Positions 10,523 to 19,500 of a stretch of 24,556 nt of DNA are shown here, in pieces; positions within the stretch are counted from its first letter, which is position 1, and each line of letters begins with the position of its first letter. The notes under the pieces are model-generated. The model saw only the letters and a program-made list of their open reading frames with translations. It ran no database searches and had not been told where the DNA came from. Made by a program: the position numbers and the translations under genes. This stretch comes from a virus (lineage: Duplodnaviria; Caudoviricetes): the IMG/VR virus record IMGVR_UViG_3300021091_000407, positions 1 to 24,556 of that record; one strand, written 5' to 3'.

Positions 10523-13500
10523 GGGCGTTTCTTAAGTAGTCTCCCAAAGCATGAAACTCAATAGGTGTTCCATTTACTCCACGTGTACAATTTAAGAAAC
10601 GATCACTCAACTTGCTGGTATAAGAAATTTGTTCTTTGCCAACCAAAATAGTTCCAGATGATGGGAATTTTGATGTATTAGCATAGATAACAGCATTTGT
10701 TGCAAGATATCCAGGATTACCTATCGCGGGGATGTCATCAGTTTCCACCATTGATAAGTAGTAATTTATTGATGGATATGCAAGATTAAATAGATTTCCT
10801 GTTGATATAATATTTGAACCTGCGTAATTATCAAAATCTCCAACAGTAAATCCATTCATAATAAAATCTTCAATGGTTATTGCAGAAACTGGTGTTCCTC
10901 CAGTAGAGAGAATATTACCAGTATCCATAAACTTTGCATTTTCCCATTGTGCAAATGACGGACCTAAAGTTCCACTTGCCAAGTTTGTTGAGAAACTTAA
11001 TCCGCGATGGTCAACAAATCCAACATAGTGATTGAACATTCTCTCAACTGTTGCTAGTAAAAGGGGTTGAGATTCTACAGTTCTATCAATATAATATTGT
11101 CTTAGCATGTAAGAATCACTTTGATTTGTTGGAGAAGAAACTTGACCAATACTTGCTGGACGAATATATAAAACTTCTTTGGATACAGAAAGAGGAGAAA
11201 GATCAATTTCTCTATTTAAAGTAATTACACAATTTGCACTAGAAGATGGAGAAACGGAAGTTATGAATGAATAAACGGTTTCAATTCCTCTAGAAAATTC
11301 AACAATTAAATTTGTTGCTACTGGAGATTGTTGTATAATTTGAGTTCCAACTGTCAGTTGAATAAAACTATCAATTTTTCTTCCTCTTTGCTTGATAATA
11401 TCATACTGCCTTGCAGTAACAACTCTTGGTGGTTTTGTGTATCCAGATCCAGAATCAGTGATGACAATATCAATTATTTGTCCACGAGAAACAATAACTT
11501 CTGCTCTAGCTCCACCACCATTCTGATCTACGGGTATGAAATGTAAAATTGGTGTTGTCTCATATCCATATGCAGTTGTTGGTTGAATAATACCAGTATT
11601 ATATAAAAGCTGTAAATCTTTTTTATTCCAAGTAATTTTATTAACTTTTCCTGCTTGAATACTGCAAGTAACGCTCAATCCAACACCAGTAGTTTCTCCA
11701 TTATAATTGCTTGTAACAACAGACCCAAAAAAGTCATTTGATACATCTTGGGATGGATTATAATTTTTTGGATTTACATATTGTGGCAGTTCTTTAATGT
11801 CTCTGTATTGGTTTTCGCCATCAATTTTGATAATATCACCAGCATTTAGATTTGCTAATAAACGCTTCTTTTCATAAAAGGAGATATCTGCTTCTTTTGT
11901 ATCATACAACCATGTAGCAGAATTTCTCTGCATCTTATAATCATTCTCTTCATCTCTAACAACAGTAATACTATTTGTAGTAAATACTAACTCATACTCA
12001 TCTGAGAAGTCATCTTCTGCAGCAAAGAATATTGTTGAATTGACTAATTGTGGATTACCACCAGCAAGTGTAATCACAAGTTTATTGGATGTTTTGTAAT
12101 ATGATTTTACATTGCCAATAAATCTTTTCGTTCCACTAATTTTTTGATATGCAACTTGGAACTTATCATATGATGTATTATACCAAGTTTCCCAATCAAC
12201 AAAGGAATTGGGAGAACCAGCATCGCATGTCAGGATTAATTTGTTATAGTAAGTATTCCTTTCAAAGTCATATAAAGTAATAGTCTGCTCAATATCTCTT
12301 CCATATAAAAGAATAATTTCAATATTATTCTCTGAAAAAATATCTCTAGTAAAAGTAATTGCTGGACCATTAATTTGATAAGAGTCTCCTTCTCGTTGTA
12401 AAGTACCATCAATAAACACCAATACAAAATTGCCGTCATCAATGGTTTTCACTTTCTTATCTTTGGAGTTTAAGATTAGGAAAGGACCTGGAGATCCGTC
12501 AAGAATACCAGATTTATCAATTTCACAACGGATATAGTTTCCTATCGTATGTGCAAAGAATTTTTCTACTGCTAAAGGTTCTTGAACTAATTTTACATTT
12601 TCTTCTTGCCCCCAAATTGGTGGAGATGAGAATACAATTTTATTGGGAATTGATGATCTATCAATATAATATGCAGAATCGTGTTGTAATATTCCACTCA
12701 ATCCAACAAAAAGATTCTCATTTAAATCTGTTTGAACTGGAGAACCATCAGAATAATATAAATCAAAAATTGTATTCTCCCCATTAATATAATCTGGATA
12801 TGAAACTTCTACAGTCCCTGGTCCAGTTACTAAAGTTTGTCTAATCACATCATATAGAGAATCTAAAGCAGAAGCAACATCTTCACATTCAGTAAATGTG
12901 TTATATCTCAATCCAATATCACGAATCAGATCAATATTTGAGTATGACCTTAAGGTAGTCCAATATCCAGTTGAATTTGGATTTTGTGGAATTACATCAA
13001 TTCTATCTGGTCCTCCTTCTAATGTATCTTCAACAATCTGTGCATATGTGTTTATTGCACTTTCAACTTGAGCACATAATGGAGATACAGTATCCAATCT
13101 AACATTTGGATCTGTTACAGGAGCAATAATTGTGATGCCACTAATTTGATTTAGCATTGCATCAATCATCAGTAAAGCTGCCTGGTTGTAGGCGTAAATT
13201 GATTCTGACAATTCACCAGCAATATGTACACGTTGATTGTTTACAAAATATGAATTTGCAAATTTAATTACTTTTTCATTGCCACCATAACGTAGTGAAT
13301 ATACAACCGCATCAACAAATAAACCAATGTCACGTAGACATAAATCTTCTGTTTTTACCCAAGAAGTGATTCCAGTATTTTTTGTAATGTTTGGTTTTTG
13401 GTTGTTTTGGATTGCTGTAGTTAGAATACCAAACAATGAAGTAATTGCAGAATTTACATTTGAACATTCTGGAACGCTAGTAATATTTGGATCAATAACC

Positions 13501-16500
13501 GCTCCTAAATTATTAACTGCAGCAATACACAAATCTCTTGCAAAATTAAACGCATGAATTGATTCCGTTCTTTCCCCATCAAGAGCATCATGGAAATCAA
13601 AATATGCGTTAGTAACTTCAATAGTAGCTGAGTTTCCACCACGAGCCACATCTTCGGCAATTGCTACTAGAATAATTTTCAAATCTCTTTCACATGATGA
13701 TGTCGCATACTGAGTGCCGAATTCGTTTTCTATCTCAACCAAAGTATCCAATACAATATCATCAAGATTCTTATAAATTAACCTCCTAGCATCTTTAAAT
13801 CTATATGCTTCTTCTGGGACTCCTGGATAAATGAATCCAGGGAATTCTTCATAAATTCTATAAGCTGCTTCTCTTTGAATATTAATTTTATTGGCAATAA
13901 TAAGATCTGCAGCATCTATATATGTACCAGTATTTGAACCGCTCCATAAGAATGTTACAACGGCATTATCAGAAATTGTGAGTCCACTTGCTGGAGTAAT
14001 AGCATAATAATTTCCAGGAGAAATCTGTAAAAATATTCCTGGAGCAATTTGGATAATTGCAGCAGTAGTATCTACACTTGATGCGGGAGTTGTGTTAGTT
14101 GTTATAGTTTGAGCAGAAGAACTTGATAGTGGAATTGCGTTTTTACTCAGTTTTAATCTTGTGCTATCAAGAATTTCTGTAATGATAGTATCAGAACTAA
14201 ATGCTCTCCCAGCACTAATTCTCATACCAATAGCAACATTTCTTGTATCACCAATTTCAATGATGTTTGTTCCTGGAGTCCAAGATGCTCCTGGTTCTAC
14301 AACATCCCAATTTCTCATTGCTAGTTTGCATAGACGAACAGCATATCCAAATGCTTCAATGGTTGCATCAACTTCATCTCCATCAATATAACTTAATGTT
14401 CCAAAATTGAAATATTTTTCTATTGATAGAATGGTTTTTTCGTTTCCTCCAAACCTTAAATCATGTGCCAAAGCATCAATGATGTAACCAATATCTCTAG
14501 AACATTTTGAACCAAGAGTATTCCACGTTAAAGATGGATATTTTGATTTGATATAACCAAGAGTTTCTGCTTGAATAAATGCTCTATTAAACTCAAGTTG
14601 ATTTGCGGAATCTATCCATCTTCCATTTCTCTGGAAAATATTTCTAATTTTCTTTAAGTATCTTTGATTTAATGTTGGATTTTTAAATTCAAATAATCTA
14701 CCATAGAATCTTACTCCAGGAGCAATCTGCCCATCTTCAATGGACTGACCAAGAGGTGGATTTTTAAACGTAATTTTATCGCCAGAAACAGTATATGCAG
14801 TCCCTGGTTCTTGAATTATGCCGTCAAGAGTAATAATTAGTGCTTGTGAATTATATGGATTTACAGAATTGCCATTTACGTCAACAATATTAAATGTAGT
14901 AGTTCCTTCAAGATTTCCTTTATCTGTAAATGCACCGTCAAATGGAGCATTTAGATAAACTCTTTTAGCACGAATTTCTGATGTATTTGCACTGTCAACA
15001 GAAACTGATCCAACTCCTTTTTCAACATTTAATGATTTTGTAGCAATAATACTCTGAGTAATTTTTCTCTTTGTATTAATTACGGTAACTTTATTTTTAT
15101 TGGGATCCCACAATTGGACAATACTTGTTTTTGTAGATTTTGTGTTGGCACTCATTCTATTTTGAGCACCAGACTCAATCAGAACCTCTCCAAACAACTG
15201 GAATCCAGCTGGATGAGTAGTTTGCTTTATGAGAGATCTCCACAAATCAATTGGAGTTTTTGATTTTACCGTATATGAATAGTCTTGATAATAATATGAG
15301 TCAGAGATTCTTTGATTTGCGTCACTAATTTTTCCATAATCTGATTGATAATATCCCATATTATCAAAATAAGTTTTGATAATAGGAGAAAACTGCGTAT
15401 AATCAATGGATTGTAGTTTCGCAGTTTTGTTATTTGACAATCCAATGATTTGCTTTCCTTCACGGAGAATTCCTTGAACTCTATCAACAATAAGAATATT
15501 TGATCCATTTCTCCAAGAAGTTACTCGTGCTCTAGCAACTTCAACATTTCCAGATCTTTGAATAATAGTTTCACCAACAATAAAAGCATCTGTAGCAAAA
15601 TCTGAAACTACTAGTATATAATTTGATCTAAATGAAGATTTTAATGTTAGATCCTTGTGATAAGCACCGCCATTATTAATTAATTTAATATTTCTTGGAA
15701 TACCAATGTTTTTACTATTCAAATAACATTTAATATCTGACTCTGCAATTTTAATATCTGGAATCTCTGTATAACCAGTTCCAGAATTTTTAATTAAAAT
15801 CCCAGTAATTTTACCAGCATCAGCAACTGCTGTTAAAACTGCATTACCAGAAACGATAACTACAGGTTTGGAATAATTTTTTCCTGTCTCAGTTACTACA
15901 ACTCCAGTGATTCTTCCATCTTGAATAGTACATTCTGCAACTGCAGCATATTCTGCAGATGGAACTACGCCAGTAACAATTGGAATTTTTTTGTAATCAC
16001 TACCAATATTTGTAATTCTAACCGAATTTATTTTTCCAATGGAGAAAATAGATTCCGATACATATGAAATTTGTCCACTTCCATCATGTGGAGCTGCGAA
16101 TAATGTTTCATATACAATTTTATTTGATGTTACATATAATGCAATTTTTTTTCCTTGCAGCGGATCATCAACTACATTTAGATAAGATTTTTCCGAATTG
16201 ATTTTATTATTCTTATCATAATAAAAATACTTACTAAATGGAATATCAACTTTATTTTGATATGTGTTTGATGAGATTCTAGGACCAAAACCAACTTTTA
16301 CACTGATGATATTTCCAACAGATACTTTCTCTGGAGTTACTAAATTTAAATTGATACTTGGAGAAAGATCAAAACGAACATCACTCATTGATGGATGAGA
16401 AATATCAAAATTATATTTGTAGTATTTTTTAATATCAATTACTTTATTTCTAACAAAATTTATATTATTAGAAGAAAATTCAAAATATCTTTCTGGTTTG

Positions 16501-19500
16501 GTGATTGAAGAAATTGTAACAAGTCTTTTATCAACACTCTGATCAAAGAAAACAGAATCTTTAATTAAAGAACTAATTGTAGTGAGTGTTTGTGAATAAT
16601 TATATACAAAAACAATTTTTTGTGTAGTTGGATCATATGATAGTACAATAGGATCGTCAGAACCAGAACCAAGTTGATATCCAGGAGAAATATTATATCC
16701 TGGATCATAAATTGAAACAACTGCACCATCAAAATGATCTACTGCTGTAGTTCCTTTCTGAGATCTTTCTACAACAAATGTATTATTTGTTCTTGACAAT
16801 ACCTTTACAATTTCATCATTGATTTTTAAATAATCTCCAATTGTGATACCGATATAACTATCAAGAGTTAGTTTTGAATTTTGTAAAGAAAATCCGACGT
16901 GATCAACACTCAACTTTAATGATGGAGTTGTAGAATTAGTTTTATTGAGAGCAACATTGCCAACTGTAAGAACATCAAATTTATTATATCCAAATCCTTT
17001 ATCACTGATCGTAACACTTGTGACGGAACCTTGAGAAGAAACAACAATAGTTGCTTTTGCATTAGTTCCATTACCACCAACAAGAGCAATATTTGAATAA
17101 GATCCTGCAGTATAATTTTCACCTCCATTTAAAATTGCAACTCTTCCAACACCAGTGTCTTTTAAGACTCTACTTACTCCTGGTGCTTGCAATGTTGCTT
17201 CTTGATAGATGCGGGTTCTTACATAATACGTTGATGTTGTTGTAGCATCATTTGGATTGATATCAATCGTAATTTGTTCGTCTAATCCAACTCCATGATC
17301 ATCCGAAGTTGTTAGTAATGCTACACTATCATTCAAATTAAAAATAATTAAATCGTTACTTAATGAGTTTAAAGATACAATTTTTGATCCTGGGGTGTTA
17401 ATTAAATCAGAACTAGTTAAGAATAATGTATCAGATACAATAAAATTTCCAGAAAGAACTTTTACTTTTACTGTATTTTGTGCTGTTGTCCCTTCCAAGA
17501 CTTTGCCAGTTGCTACAGCAGCATTAATGCCATTACTTAAAGATAATATAGCACCTTTTGTGTATGATGAATTTTGATCTAAAATTAACGATAATACTTT
17601 TGTATTTGAAGACAATACATCACTTGAATTAAACGTTCCAGAAACGTTTCTAAGGGCAACCTTTGTCCCAGAGAATACATCTCCAACAATTTTTCCAGAG
17701 GCACCTGTTAGCGCCTGTGTGAGTGTATCTCCATCAAACAAATAAGCAGTAGTAACTAGATCAAATAAAACAACTTTACTATCTTCAGATTCAATTGAAA
17801 GAACTTGTCTGCCACTAACAGAAGAAACCTCTGCTTTTGCACCAAATCCATCTGTCTGTGTGTCGTTTATAATAACTTCCGAACCAACAGAAAAATTATT
17901 CACGCTATCTAAAACAGTTGCAGATATTACGTTTCCTCTATTAACATCTTCAATTATTGCATGAGAAAGATCACCATTTTTATCAATACCACTTGTTCTA
18001 AGTCTGTTAGCATCAACAGGCAAGTCATCTTGAGAAATACTGGAGTTATAATTTGAATCTAAAGGTAATGAGTAATAATTTTGTCCAATAATATAAGGGA
18101 ATACTGGATTATTTGATGCGTCAACTGTGATAAAATATGCATAAGTTCCCTGTGGATATTCTGGAGTTACACAATATCTTCCGTTATTTTGATCTAATGA
18201 TCCATAACCTTCAATATAATTATAATCATCAACAAATGTTCCAATTGGATAAATTGCTGTGCTCGGACCAATATTTCTGCTGATATTCTTAGAATAACTT
18301 GATGTCATTCTAACAATTGGACTTGTTAAAACAAGAGGATTGTTATAACCATATGGACCATAAATTGGATTGCCATCATATGCAAATCCAATAATCGGGG
18401 AGTGCGAAGATCCAGTATCAGTAGAACGCAAAGCAGATGGAGATGCATAATATGCATATCCGTATCCTAGTGTATTAACAAAATTTTTGAAGAAATAACC
18501 ATTGTTTGAATCTAATTGAGATTTAAATTTTTTGTATTTGTCTTTTACCCAGGATTTAATTTCTGCAACTGCTTCTGCTCCAGAACCAATAGCAATAAGA
18601 TCAACCGAAACATTTTCTTGTGTATAAAGACTTCCACCTTTTATTTTTTCAAAACCGACTACTTTTCCTTCGTTAGAAATGATAGTCTTAAAATCTGCAA
18701 ATCTTCCTTTGCCAGCTGCATCGGTAATTTTAACTTCTGGAGGAGAAGAATAATATTCTCCAGGATTATTTACAACAATACTAGTAATTTCACCATTAGT
18801 TACAACTGCCGTTGCAGTAGCATTTCTGCCAGATGTGATCTCTACAGTTGGGATTTGACCATAATTACCAGTATCATCAACAATAATAGATTCAACAACT
18901 TGTCCCGCTAACTTTGTTCTTACTAATCCACTTACATTATTAATTAAAACATATGGACCTTTTTGGTATCCAGAACCTCGGTTTAAGACTTTAATTTTTT
19001 GTATGGCACCATTGTAAACAACATCACTATCTTTATAACTTAGAAGTGGAATACCATTAATTGCAATGCCAACATCTCTATTACCAGTTTCATAAATTTC
19101 TGTAGTAGAAATTGCATTCTTTCTAATAATTCTCAATAACTTTTGATCCTCAATATCTTGAGGAATCGTAGCAGTCAGAGGAATAATATCATGAGAAGGG
19201 AATCCAGATGATGTTATGTAATAACCTTCACCATCTTCAAAAATTGCCGATACATTTGAATTTAATTTTGAAATTGCTGCAGAAACACTTGGATGATTGG
19301 AAGATCCTGGAGGAGATGAACTTGTGATCCATCTTAGATTATTTTGAGAATCAAAAATTTTAGGATCTGTTGTGATAAATCCAGGTTCCGAAATCTGCAA
19401 AATTTCTCCTGGATTTGAATATGGTGAACCATATTGATTCTCTAATGCATATAGAACACCATATACTAATAATGATATACCATTACTAGAAACATTAGCT

